Below, piece by piece: positions 1 through 13,854 of a stretch of 64,000 nt of DNA. A program made the translations under genes and the position numbers. A model generated the notes under the pieces. It did no database searches. It had not been told where the DNA came from and was given only the letters and a program-made list of their open reading frames with translations. Origin of the DNA: Marsupella aquatica (taxonomy: Eukaryota; Plantae; Marchantiophyta); NCBI GenBank assembly GCA_973895155.1, contig OZ316893.1:21374955-21438954 (forward strand), given 5' to 3'. The stretch's first letter is position 1. The number at the start of each line of letters is the position of its first letter.

Positions 1-2946
1 GGGCACCATAAACTGCTAGTAAGCATATTAATATTGCTGATAGTTAGCAGTAAGATCATACTACCTAGATCACAATGTTCAATTGTTCACAGGCTTTAGA
101 GTTTATAATTTTTAATGAAAATTCGTACTTTATATTTCAATGTAAAAATTTATTCTTAACTCTCCGACCACAATGTTTGGCTTCAAGACATCATAGAAAA
201 CAGTCTGTTACAGAGCAAACATTTAGGCATTTAAATAACTTGGATGACAATAGCAGGGTTTTATACAATTCTCCATTGCAATTTAGTTAAAAATTGCTTA
301 TCAAAAGTTACACTCAAGAGCCTACAGTCTAGACTGAACCTCTAGACCATGCTATAGGTGGGGGCAAGTTTAAAAGTGAGGCAACAGGTGGGGAAGGCAA
401 CAGTGTGCCTGAGCAAAGCTTGGGTACTCAGGCTAGTCATGTAAAATGCAAAGCTCTCCACGTGTACATGCAATCATGCATACTTGAAAGATTCACACTG
501 TTTCATCGAAAGGCCATTTAGGGTGACACTGAATAGCTGATGGAAAGGGATATATAGGGGGTAACGAGGTAATAGCATTCAAGGTGGTGATTTATGGACT
601 CCCCAGATTTTTTTTTGATTTGTGTGCTTCATTTATTCTCTGTAAACGAAAGACGTGGTGTACAATTTATGTCACACAGTTGTAGCTATCACAAGGAAAC
701 TCGGGAAAGAGAAAAGAAAACTCGAAAGGAGGAGAACACGAAAGGGTGACGAACGAAAAAGAAGAAAGATCGCACGAACGAGCGACAGCGAATATCTCAC
801 TGGAGAAAGACGGGCGGAAACTTTTCCAGTGTAGTTACGGTGTCACGAGATATATTACACTGTATTAAGCCATATTACAGCGTATTACGCCATATTAAAG
901 TGTCAGAGACGTAACACCTCGTGTAAGAATAGCGCTGTGTCAGCCCCTGCGCTGTACAGCAGAGAGTACCAGATTCTACGCCCCTGTCACAGATATCACT
1001 GCGTAACTTGTCCTCCTCGTGTACCATCCCTCTCAATTTCCTCGCTCGACCTTCTCTCACGAGCCAATCTCCACGAGCAAATCTCCACGAGCAAATCGCC
1101 ATAGTTGTCTGTCTGCTGTCTCCTCCTGGCTCCCTGGTCGAAGGAGGAGCACCACCGCTGCCGAAAGGGAGGGGAAAGGAAAGGGAAGGGAAACTGCAGG
1201 AGAGTAGAAGACTGCGGTATGGGAGCTTCTCAATTGTCGAGGTGTGCGCGAGTGATGAGTAACTTTGTGGCGTGGGGAGACAGGTGACTGAATCAGCAGC
1301 TTGCTCTTCGTGGACCGCATGCATGCAGTCACGCACTCCAGTCCAATCCGCGGGATTGATCCGCCGATATCTTCGGTAGCGCCATCGGATCTCGTTCTAT
1401 TTTTGAGTTGCTCTCCTTCCCTTCTTATTACCGAGAAAAGTATTGTCTCTCTTCCATCCGAGGAAAGCGTCGATGGTTTCTTCGCGCTGCGTTCTCAGCT
1501 GCCGGGCTCCTCGGGATGTAGAACGAGAAGAATTATGAGGTTGGAGCAGCGGTCGCGGTTGTGATTCGTTCATTTTTGTCAGAGGAGCGGGTACATCTGG
1601 CTGTCATTTTTTGTTGAGCGCGGTTACGATTGCGGATGCGGAAATTATTATCATTCTTATTGGCAGAGGTGAGTATACTTCCGTTTTGCTTGTCTGCGTG
1701 TGTTGATCGCCTCAGTTTGTTGTGGTCCTCTGAGTGCGGGCAGGGGGCGGGAGATCGTTATACTTAATCGGATCTGCGGCAGGCCGTCTTGTGAAACAGA
1801 AGCGTAGTGAATGAATTTATATCCAAGGTTATATATAGGGTACGAACTGACGCGCTTCATGTCTTTGGCGTCGGATAGAGTAGTTGACGAGTAAGTGATG
1901 AGAAGGAATTGATTCTGTTTTCAGTTATGTGGATTCTACATAGTGGTGACAAAGAGAGCTGCGAAAATCCGATGGTGACGTTTCCAATGTAAGGATTTGC
2001 AGAACGCCGTACCAGAGGAAAATTTCTGTAATTTTTGATGTGACCCACATGCCCGCTGCTTTGAGCCTACTTCCACCTGGATCTGGAGTGAGGTCGATCG
2101 CTGCGGTGAAGGCATGATAATTGACATACATGGTCCCAGTACTTCGACAGTATCTTTAATATGAGACGGAATAGATGAGATTTGCTGTCTCCCTACTTCT
2201 GTGGTGTGCTGTTGTCGACCTCATCGGAACTTCGATGCCCACTGTGCTATCTCTGTGGATTACAACTTCTTTTCGCCCAGGAGAGCGGACTTAGGATGCA
2301 AAGAAGGATATAATGATGTCACTCTCGTCGTGATTCAGTCTCCTTGTCATGTTCATTGTCGATCCTTGGCATCACAGCCTCTGTCACAAGCCCTGAACTG
2401 TTCTAGCGTTGTTGATTGGGTGCAGGGTGATTGATGTCTCTTGAGGCTCATCGGCGACAAGTAGGGCAGAATTATTGAGGAATTAGGAAGGAAAGGGGGA
2501 CCGCCACGAGGAAACAAGGTAACTGTGGGGATTGGATGGGGATGACCCTGTGAGGCATACGCATGGCTGGTGCAAGCCTTTTTGACTCTCGATTCCATGC
2601 AGTAGGAAGGATTCTGCCACAGCCGCAAGCTACGTCATTGTGCAGTTCTATTAGAAGGAATCCGACTGAAATCCATTTTTCTCCCAGATTGCAGTGGGAT
2701 TTCTCTCGATTCTGGTTCCTGGGTCCGAGCAGTTGAAAAGTTGGTTTCTCTTGCAACTGTTCGACTTCTTCAGCTACTTTAGAGCTTTGTCTCTTCAGGA
2801 ATATGCACTCCACATGTCTCAATGTCCCGACCAGCACTGAAGGTGGAGATCGACGAGGTTAGTGGCGCTGAGTTGTCCTAGTCTGGGCGGAAGCTGGATT
2901 CTTGGAAGAAGTCGAGGAACCGCTTTTATTGTGAATGAAGTATGTA

Positions 2947-5900
2947 ATGGCCGAGAGACAGGATGTCAGTGATCTGGACCCGGGTAGAGTGCCGACTCAA
3001 CTCCCTCAAACAACTGAACAAAAAGCTCGGGCAGCAGTGGCGGCAGCCGCAGCGGTTCGCCCGCGCCCATCCATTGTTGTCTCGTCCAACGAACGGGGCG
3101 CTAACAACAAAGATCATGGATGGCGGAGACAAATACAGAAAGCCCTGCATTGGGGCCCTAATACGCGAGAGCGCGAAAGAAGGAATTTGTTCAATCCTGA
3201 AGTATTGACTCGCCAAAAACGTCAATGGAGTGAAATGCAATTGCGAACTTTGGTAACCTCATAGCTCTGGCTCTCAAATGTAGAAATGCGTTGACTTTAT
3301 TTACCTTCTTGTTTTGGTGTTCCATTTTTTGTGGATGACTGGGTTTGTTTTTTTACCAAGTACGTGCTCTGGTGTGGAAAGTTTATTTGCTCTGACTCCT
3401 TTAGATATTTTTCAATGGCGGCCGGTCATCTTTCTTTTTCTGTCCTTCGTCGTCAGTTTGGTACTCTCCCTTTCACTCCCGTCGTCTGTGTATCACTCTG
3501 ACGCTGTGGGTAGTACTTCTGACGTCTGTGTATCACTCTGACGCTGTGGGTAGTACATCTGACAGGAGAAAAAGCAGTTGAAGCTGGAACGGCCTTGCTT
3601 CTTTGAGCATTTTGTAGTGGTAGGGTTGCATCCCAGCGCAAATGTGGAGGCGACAGAGGTTGCTTTTGCTAAGAAGAAGGCTTGGCAAAGGCACCCGGAG
3701 AGAGCCGAGTGGCTTGGAAATGATGCTGCAAAGAACCGAGGCAGAGGCCCAACTCAACCCACTTTGCAGCCTCAGGTGCCGGTTTCATCCTTGTACCCTG
3801 GCAGAATTCGGGGTGGAACTTTAGATCCGTACTTTGAGGGTTGCTGATTTTTGGGAATAACATTCGAAATGTTGATGCCTTCGGTTTGCAGGTACTGTTT
3901 AAGTATCCCCCGGGAAAGCGCCTTCCATTGAAAAGCAAGGATCTTCCGGCATTCTGCTTTCCGAGCGGAGTTGAGGTGACTATTGCCTGCACTGGATAAC
4001 ATTTGGGGTGCCTTGTTAGCAGAGTGTCACAGACCGGGATTTACCCAGTTTTAATCCATATAAAAAGTAAACGTACTTGGAAAATCCTGCTTACCGTTTG
4101 TCAATCAAGCTGTTAATCTCTTAGTGAATTGCGATTCTCTTTGAACATGTTTAAGTATATCTGGCTCATGATTACACTATCTGTTTTTCTCTTATGCAGG
4201 CCCGTCTTATGGAGCGGACTCCCTCGATGAGCGATCTCAACGAGATAATGTACGGTCAGGTACGTCACTTAATTGTAGGAATGAAGTGACGGGGTTTACC
4301 TTAACCTGGCGTTTTACTACCCAGATGATTTTGGGTTTACCCTGTTCTGTGGAACGGACTCTCTCGTTCTGCTAGTCATTGGATGTTTGGAGTCTAAATG
4401 CATGTCCATGTTAATGAGTCCAGTATGGAAATACTACGGTCCTTCGGAAGCTTCGAGATATCGCTTGAACTCGGTCGTTCATTCCATTGCTGCAGACGTT
4501 GTAATGAACACATTTTATTTCGTGTTTCTTCTTGCAGAGCCATCAAAAGAGGGATGATCAATCGTTCATTTTTCTATTGAAGGTGCGGTGAATGTGATAG
4601 ATGACCAATCGTTCATTTACCTCCTGGTGAATGTGATAGAAGACACTATACTACACTGCAATGAATGACTTAGGCTACAGAACTTAATTTCTTAGAGTGA
4701 CAGTTAGCTATTTCCTGAATCCAATGGACATCGCTATCTTTTTGTTTGGAGTTCTGGAATCCGAACTGTGATAGAGTACGGGAGTCATCTTTAGTTGCAG
4801 TCTAAAGTCTTTGTACTGACTCCTACAAAATGTGTTACAGGTTGCTGACAATGTGACACTATATGGAGTATGTGTGCTTGTCCCTGAAATTGTCCAGCGG
4901 TTACCTGGCATTTTAGCTATGAATACAGCAGTGTCACCTCCTCAGTCCCCACCAAGCCGATTCCTAGTCTCAGCTCCTCGCTGCTATTGCTTTCTGACAA
5001 GGATGCCATTTTTCAATCTTCATTTCGAAGTTCTAAACAGGTATATTATCCTGCCTATCCTTCAGACTAAAATGCACATCACGATGGGTCAGCTGGGCTA
5101 TGGGATTGCCATAATGAAGGTCCTCAAACTTTGCTATGTTGCGCGTCAGCATGCGTAATTCTAACGCATGAGAATCAATGATTATATCTAGCATCGGAAG
5201 TATTTCTGATTATGGACCAAATTATCGGCAACTGATTTGCGATTGGTCGTGTGTTTCGTGGAACAGCATAATTGCTCAGGAGCGCCTGGATAGAATAACA
5301 CAATGTGTCAGTGAAATGGCATTAGCAGAACATTTGATTTCACCGATGGTGAAAGTAGGAAGCAAAGGAAATGGTAAAGTTCCGTCTGAAAATAATGAGG
5401 ATGACCCAGACGGGTGGATGGATTCTGCTATCCCAGTTGATAGTGTTATAGGAGCGACGGCAGCTGCGGCAGGTCTAATATCAGAAAAGGAAGTGGTATC
5501 CTTTTCTTCGAAGGGTTCAGGTCCGCCGTCACCCTGTAGTCTAGATGTTTCGTCTCCCCTAGGAGTGGGCGAAGCTGTTGAAGATGTTTCTCAAGGAAAC
5601 AAAGTTTTGCAAGGCGAGGAAGTTTCGTCCGAGGACCAAGGAAAGGAGTCGCTTGCTCCTGTTGTAGAGCCCGAAGTTACTGAGAATGGCGATCATGGGA
5701 CTACCAATGGGATAGTCCCAGGCCCATCCGACAAGCAGCAAAGAGTCTTGGGTCACGAGAGGATGGAAAGTTCAGATTCTGTCTACAGGTGAGAATTTTT
5801 CTCAAGGTCAAAATCTTTCTTGCGCTGTTTTAACCGGACTGAGCGCTGGTGCAGTCCAGTGTCAATGGTAGACTGAGGGAAGGTCGCTTACGACGTGTTG

Positions 5901-8900
5901 TTCAAGTTTTAAAGAATTGAAGTTTAGGTGAGCAAAAAATTGTCAGCATTGTTGGGAGAATTGCTCCTGATGTTGGACTAAATGCTCTTATTATGTACCG
6001 GGATGTATTCAATTTGCCGAATCTTATACAGCCTTCGGATCGATATTGTCTTCCAAGCATCAACGGTGATGAGTGTGAATCGTTCATCTCCACTAAGTTA
6101 TTTTCAATTAATATTTTACCTTGTATACCAGCAGCGTTTTCGAGAGTTCTGTGAAGAGCAATGAATCGGATGATGATGTGGGTGACGAAGAAATATCGCC
6201 TACATCGGAAGATGACATTTATGGTTCCCGGTCTGTTCTGGCTTGGGCTGAAGTAAGTGCTATTAGCTTGAAGTGTCGGTATGCTCACCCTTGGAAATTA
6301 GCAGGTACATTTGGATGAGTGCATGCGGTCAGTTTGTATATTTTCTGCAGATCACACTTTCTCTACGTAGTTAAGCCTGAGGTTATTTAGCAAAGTACCA
6401 ACTACACTGTCTCAAGTATTCTTAGGTAGAAGGTAGGCATACCAGTTCTCCCCATTCATACAAAATGAGTTGAACGGAGTTGGCCAACCCGTTATTTTCA
6501 AAAGACGCAACATTGGGCTAACAAATTCGGAGCCTGTCGTAAGGTCAATTTGTTACTCTATATGGCTGCTCCTAGTTCCCTGGGTTCGGCTCGCTTATTT
6601 GGATAGTAGAAGGTTTAGGCAAGTGTAACTTTTTTCCTTAGCTTATTTAGCTTATTTTTTGTTCATTTGGCGAAGCAGTGACTGAGGTCTGGAGTGTTTT
6701 GGCCACGGCATTAATCTTTGATTACGGATCAATAGTGTAATTTCTTAAATGTTGCAGGAGGGACTTGTAAAAGTGGTCATGGAACTCACGAAGTACTTTC
6801 ACTTTGTCTATTAATGCAGGCCAACAACAATGATTCTTTGCGAATTGTATGTGCATACCACCGGACACCTGTCCCTGGAAGAGGGTCAAGCATTGTCTTT
6901 CAACCCTTAGAACATTTACAGCCAATGCAGTTTTCCAGACGTAAAGACCTTCCACTGTCAATGATGGGGTCAAGAATTGTTGATCTTGATGTATGTCGCA
7001 CAAGCCTGGAGGTGGCCGAGGTGATTATAAACTTCTTACTTCTATCCTAAAAGGATTTCGACATTCTACTAGCTGTCAAGTACCACTTGTAGCAAAGCCG
7101 TCAGCTGTCATGGTGTACATAGTTCATTGAAATCTCCTGGATATTGATTTGACATGTGAATTTCTTGGTCCTTTTCTACAGGTTCAAGCAGCTGTAATGG
7201 CAGGGGAAGAAGCTATGGCGATCTCAATATGGGCAACAGCTACCCTTTGTCGAGCTTTGTCTCTGGAAAACGTATGACACATGTTTCTCAACATTTCTTT
7301 ATACTCATTGCAGGGTCTGTTGCCAAAGAACACTGTGACTTGAGTAAAGTCTGTCTGGGCATGGAAAGCACGTATTTGCAGAAAAAGCAGTCGCAGTACG
7401 CAGATCTGATTCACAATTCTGCCGGGCCACAAGTCTGGCATATCCGTGCTTCCTTTAAATGCCCGTTGCCAGCTGCAATTAGACCTCTTGATAAGGGAAT
7501 TAGAAATATATTATATTAATGTTTATGTCCTCCAATTCGTGACATGAAAACGAAAATAAGTCTTTTGCTCGAAGAGTCTGAATATAGGAACTGAACAGAC
7601 TCAACTGTCTAGCGGTTTTTGACAATATATCAGATTTAACTTGCTAAGAAGCTCATCAAGCAAATTCTGCGTCTGCAGGTAATGACAGTTTTTGCGGGAG
7701 CTTTGTTAGAGAAGCAGATGGTCGTGATCTGCCCAAATTTGGTAGGATTTCTTGAAATAACTTGCTGTTCTCGAATAACTGAAGTGTGCCATCGTAGGCT
7801 GTTTGGCTAGCTTAGTACATCTTCTTATTCCAGAATTTGGAGCTTTCAAGTAGCTGCAATCAAGCTGTTAGTGATGAAATGGCTCTTTCATAAGCAGCTT
7901 CATGTCAGGTCAAGCAACGAAATACTATAGAAATTCCATATTCGCAGGCAACACAAGTGAGATCTCCAAGAAGATGATAAAGTGTGTTTTTTTCGTCTCA
8001 ACAGGGTGTCTTATCTGCAATAGTGATGGCATTGATTCCCATGGTTCGACCGTATGAATGGCAAAGTCTGTTGCTTCCGGTAAGCTGTTGTCATGTTTTT
8101 GAGGAGTTTCATTATTGTCTTAGAAATTTCTATGGGATGAAACTTGATTGAAGTTTAAATGTGAAGTCGCTTTAAATCAAAGAAGTGAGTTACGGAACTA
8201 TTAACGCGACGTATAAATAGGTTAACGTCCAGTTCCTTACAGTTGATTTGCATTGTGGCTCAGATTTTACCCAACAAAATGCTTGACTTTCTGGAGGCGC
8301 CTGTCCCTTTTATTGTGAGTGAAGTTGACATTTCTGATGGCATATTTACGAATGGTTTTACTGGAACGTGTCTCTATTGTTGTGAGCACGTGTGATCCAG
8401 AGAGTCAAATCGGGTCAGCGTCGGAAAAAAAATGCTTGCTTAGCACTGCAACAGGATTGAAGTTGGAACTGTGGGAGGTCTACTACTTCTCCCGACCTTG
8501 GTTTCTCAGATGGGTACTCTTGAATTGTGCCACAGGTTGGTGTCCAATACAAGACTCCAGACGTTCGAGCAAAGTCTGCCAATCTAACGCGGGTGAATGT
8601 TTACAAAGACAAGGTCAGTAAAGTGATTAAAGTGTGCAGATTCTCGTCTGGTTTAGGCGATTTAAAGACAAGGTGCTCTTAGAATAGTCGACTGGCCAAT
8701 TCGCATTTGTTCTCGAATTCCATTAATCAAGTTGTCTCTCAAATTTGTGGAAGCCCTCGTTGTCAGTGAAATTCAATTCTTTGACCAAGGAATTTGGTGT
8801 GCCACTCTTTGAGAATTAAATATTAGTGTGAATGCTTTTGAAGGGAATATTCTTATCAGGATCGTACCGACTGACCTCGTCAACTCGTCTTACAGGTGAC

Positions 8901-10087
8901 CTCGACCTCTATGCCACCGTTACCTCGATATAAAGAACTGGTCTCAACTTTGGAACCTCACTATTCAAAATTAGCTGCCGCGAGCAATGTGGCGAGAAAA
9001 CATCCTATATTCGAGTACAACGATGCTCAGGTATGCACAATGTTTCGGGATCAATTTTCTTCTGTATCTCTCGATTAGAGATCGCTTTCTACTGCCTTTT
9101 TGCTCGTAGTTGTCGCAGTATTCCAGTGAAACCTTAGGTATACTAGATTCATGTTTGTGGAACGATGTTTGAGTTTGGGAGGGGAAATGCTGCATCGAAT
9201 TGCCTGTGAAAGTAGCCTCACAAGCCATCGTATCCAGTAGGACGAGAGTAATTTCTCTTCCACTGTAGTTAGTTTTGGAGCTGCGATGCCAGCTGCTTGG
9301 TTGTTTTGGAATTATGGAAATGGCTTGGCAAGGTTATGTTCGAATACAGATACAAATTTGAAGGTGTTCTTCATGCAGGCAGCAGCAGCGGATGGCTTTC
9401 TGGCAGTTCTTCGAAATTACTTAGAATCCTTATGTATGGATCTGCGGACACATACAATTACGAATGTGCAATCCAATGATGACAAGGTAGTTTTGTGTTT
9501 CATAGAACGGCACTTCTTGTTTGGGATTTTCTGATATTCGGTGCAATCTAATTAGTTGCTGAGTATTTACTCATTTGTCTGCTGATGTGGTTCATTGGAG
9601 TCAATTTGATGTTACTGTTAAGACCATCTTGAACGAGTTTTTTACCACTTACAATTACATCTGGTCTTAAGTAGGATTTAAAGGGATGGCTATGCCAAAA
9701 GCTGGACTTGGTTGTTGGAGGTAGAAAAACCGTTTCAAACCGCTTTGTGGGAGCAACTCGGTTACTGATGGAAACTGTTATTTATTCCAGGTATCCCTTT
9801 TACTGAAAGAAAGTTTTGTAGATTCATTTGGGCATCGAGATCGGCCATTTATGAAGGTACTTTCGACGTGAAATTCTCGAACATTGTAGTACGCTCATGA
9901 CACACTGAAACTAGATATTTTCATTAGGCATTCTTATGTTTCAGCCTTCGACCGATGCTTCTTTCAGAAGCTGAGGCAAACCTTTCTACTAACTATTCCA
10001 TTGGTGGTGTCTATCCAGCTATTTGCAGATACACAACAATTCTCAGTCTACACAGATGCTGTCCTCTCAAGCTATCAACATAGTTAA
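2947..10087 (+). CDS. DENN-domain protein (plant uDENN/DENN, putative Rab GEF), about 18 coding exons
   Basis: Spliced reading frame with approximate exons 2947-3252, 3566-3775, 3892-3975, 4200-4259, 4538-4582, 4841-5040, 5267-5788, 6132-6252, 6820-~7020, 7183-7271, 7679-7741, ~8005-8079, 8264-8314, 8536-8613, 8896-9030, ~9379-9486, 9791-9856, 10019-10087. Motifs typical of plant DENN proteins: FEHFVVVGL, VLFKYPPGK..LPAFCFP.GV, VADNVTLYGVCV, PRCYCFLTR.PFF.LHFEVL, FAGALLEKQMVVICPNLGVLSA, RPYEWQSLLLPILP..MLDFLEAPVPFIVGV, FMKLFADTQQFSVYTD. A long intron-containing 5' UTR probably starts near 1340. Confidence 0.93.
3483..3563. repeat. 40-bp tandem duplication directly upstream of the DENN exon 2 acceptor
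   Basis: cgtctgtgtatcactctgacgctgtgggtagtac(t/a)tctga occurs twice with one mismatch; the acceptor AG at 3564-3565 follows copy 2. Confidence 0.9.
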
Positions 10088-11849
10088 TGGAGACAGTCGC
10101 GCAGTCCTATTACGAGGCTCACTTGTACATTAAATTAGAAATCATTTTTTTTCATAAACCCTTAAAAGGGTGGAATACTCACTAGTTAGGACTCCGCTAC
10201 GGCTACCTCGGGCAATATTTTGCAATATCTCCGGTAAAATAGACGCATTTGTAATGGAGGATGTTCAAGCATTCTACTCTTATTAGGGATCCAAATTTTA
10301 CGGAGTTCCTGAGGTCGCATGGTAGACAAATTTTGCTGGTTTCAGTAGGAGGAAGGGAACTGTCTATAGCTGTTTGGGGACGTTACCTGTGTTGACTCCC
10401 CATTGATGTATCTTCAGATGCAGTGAATTAAATATCGCGACGGTGAATACGCTCCACAAAAGTTGGAGTTTGATGAAGATTTCCATGTGCCAGCGTGTTC
10501 CTATAGTTTCTATTCGCGAGACTCGTTGACTTGTGTTCCTTCTTGGATTGTTTTGGATCCTACTTTTTTTTATGCTCCTCGTGCGGGTGTTTGAATTTGG
10601 AATGAGGTGTATCTGAGATGTCGATCGCAGGACTGAATTGCTTGACTGTTTGCTGGTGAGGAAAACAGCGCTGCGACGTTTTCAGTATGAAGAAAGTTCT
10701 GGAATCATCTTTGGCTTCGGCTGTTGCATTTTGGCTGAAAAATATGTGCGGATTTCTCGGTGAAATGCTTCTCTGCAGACCTGCTGCGAATCCACTCCAA
10801 TGTGTCCTTTTGGAATTGTCGGTGACACAGTGCTGAAGAGTGAATCAGCGTGAAATGTTGCCAAATCTAAGAATTCATCATTCATCATACCTCGGGTAAG
10901 CTTGTCCGAAGCATGAATCTTGATATCGAGATCAAGAAGCCACACTTAGCTCGGCAGAATAGCTGTTCCAGATGCTACCGCTCTCACTACAACCCTCGCC
11001 AAACAAATATCCATTTCAACCCTCCATCTTACCGGAATCCGAGACCGCCATCTCTCCAGGATGAGGAAGATCAATCAAATTCTAGAGACGCAGGACGAAC
11101 TGGAAGCCTGAATGAAGAAATTGATGATTCAAAGCAAATCTCATGGAAGACTCTCCGGATGCACCGAGCTGTGGGTTCTTCCGAAGGATGATTGCACCGT
11201 CAGGGTTCGAGATGTCGAATTTGCGTCGTTTCATATTTTGGAGGACGGTGATCTTCTTCCTTACGCCTAGAACCTGTTAGTATCCCGACTGCAAGTTGGC
11301 TTGCAAGATTTGCACCTCAATAATTGGCCGACTTCCGGCAATTGATTGTCGAAGGAGGAGTCCTACTGTAGATCGTCACCGAGATGGTGGAGAACGGAAA
11401 TAGGAGATTGTGAAGTAGACATTGATAGAATTATGAAACCGAGATCTACTTCACAGGATGGTGACAAATTGTGTACTCCTTTCGTGCTGAATGAGATTGT
11501 GCAATATTTTGTGCACAAACGCTCTATCAATGTGAGAGTATATATAGCTTTTGTATGCTTCCTGCTCGAACCTGATCGAGCCTACCCTAGGCTGGCAAGC
11601 ATTCATGCACAAATTCTGCATACCAGAGTGCTGAGAAACACCTCACTAAAATGCAAAATGAATGGGGAAGAACACATTTTTTCTTCTGTGCGCAGTTTGT
11701 TGTGATATTTATCAATGTCTTTCACTCACTCTGAGCAGAACCCTCAGTCTCTATTTGCTGCTGGCCACATTGTATGGCAGACTGGTGCAAATGCTCTCTA
11801 ATGTTGTTCTCTATCATGCCCTGCACTTCTTGACTGCATGGTACTAAAA

Positions 11850-13070
11850 TGATTGTGGACAGGACTGGGGATTAGCTGGAATAGGAGATATCTCCATTTC
11901 TAAAATCTGAGTCGTGTTTTGAAGTTTTTGCCTGGTATGTATAGAATGAACAGAATGAACAGAAGATGGCTATTCTATTGACGAGTCCCTATTCTATTGA
12001 CATATCTTTGGCCATCATGACCTTAGTGATTTTTCACTTTGTATTTTTCAGCTGAGAATGCCTGGTCAAGATTTAGATAAAATTTTCAGTAAGATTCTCC
12101 TCTATTTTTACTTAAATTGGTGTAAATAAAATCTATTAGGCAAGTGTATTAAGGTCCTATTTCCAGAGCGTTACGGGGAATAACTGTCTAAAATAAAGAA
12201 TGTCTTAGGCCCTTAAGTGGGTTGCCTTATCTATATGATAAAGCGCAATCAAAACCTACTCCTGGGGCCTACTATATAGAGTGAAACCTCTGGATAGTGA
12301 CTCTATGGGTATAATGAAAGTGATGACGCAAACAAAAAGCAGGATAGAGGTAAAGATGAAACAGAAACATAGCATGGAATACTTCTTTATGCAAAGTTTA
12401 TTTCTCCTCATCCTATTTACCTACAAGGAACTGGTAGGAAAAATGAATTTTTCTTCTCATCCCTATTTGCCTTCAAGGAACTGGTAATCAGACTAGTGGT
12501 GGCAAACCCTTCGAGGAAGGTCAACGAGTAACACGGCATTGGCGAAAAAACATACACTTCATTCGGTAGCCGAGGAAGCTTCCTTTGAGTTTCGTGTACC
12601 CACAAGCAGTGTCAAGGGCTAATACAAGTGTACTACGGTTTCTTCCTGTGGGGTTTCAAAACAAAAAAATATTTTATCTTTATCATGTTGTTCTTTGCCC
12701 GCACTTCTCGAATGCAAGGTACTGAATTGATTGTGGACCTGGGGATCAACTGGAAAAGGAAAGATCTCCTTTCTCTAAATTCTGAGTCCTGTTTTGTAGT
12801 TTTTGTCTGGGATGAATAGAATCAACGGAACACGGCTCTTCTACCGCCAAGACCCCATTCAGTTGGCGCGTCGATCTTTGACATTTTTTGCCATGAGGTC
12901 TCCTTTTCATTTCTCGAACCTTGGTGTCAAAACCGTTCTAGCAAGGCGGAAAAGTAAACCCAACTGAGTACAGCATGATCAATGGCAAAAAAGTACACGC
13001 TTCATATGGTACCCGAGGAAGATTCCCAGAGTTTCTTGTGACCAAAAGCGCTGTCAAGGCCAGCTTTCGT
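11850..13070. repeat. Diverged direct duplications upstream of the NB-ARC gene
   Basis: About 11850-12030 resembles about 12728-12895 (tgattgtggac...ctgagtc.tgttttg.agtttttg.ctgg), and about 12500-12620 resembles about 12940-13060 (ccgaggaag...gagtttc.tgt..cc...gc.gtgtcaagg). Confidence 0.7.
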
Positions 13071-13854
13071 GTCTTCAGAGCTAAATTATAGCAGATTGAA
13101 GAAAAAATGAGCTGTTGCATGCGACATCCTCATTTCCTCGGTCTCTCTTCCACCGAAGGATTCAATGGCGTTTTGTCAACTCGTGAAAGTGTGGCTGCTG
13201 ACATACTTGATCTGATGCCTTGCGCACGGGCCCTTTCTGTCGCAGGATGTCCCAATGATTTGCTGGAGCAGGACTCTGATTGATGTGCAACAAGCTCGTA
13301 GCGGGGGTTCGCCGTAGGATCGAGTGATGTGATGCGTTTCTTCGATTCAATCGGTGTGGTGTGTTGCTGCGCGCAGCTACTGGAGGTTTGAGAAAATATC
13401 AAGAGCAGGTCAGCTTTAATGGTAGAGAGAGTAGTGTGATCGAGGGCGTTCGTGAATTTTTGAGAAGGCCATGCCCGGCTTGTTCAAGGATGCGTCTTAG
13501 TGTTCGCCGTCGCCGAGTTGTTCGATGTCCTAAAAGTTCTTGGATTCTGACAACGCACCTATTTGTCAGTTAATTCTGAGGTTCCAAAAGCTGAGGTTTA
13601 TCGTTGATTGTGAGATTCCAAAAGCTGAGGTTTATCGTACCAGAAGCATATCAATCTGTTCTAGAAACTGCCTGCTGCACATCATTAGTGGGTAGGTTGC
13701 TCGTAGTGAAAGCACATCCATTTGCTCCCTAGAAACCGCTTGCTTTGGATTTGGGAGGTAAGAATTTCTTCTACACCGATGCAGTGAAGGGCAGGTGACG
13801 GGTGGAACCAACTCAGAGTCAGATTTGTATCCTTGTTTAAGGCATTTGTCTGCG

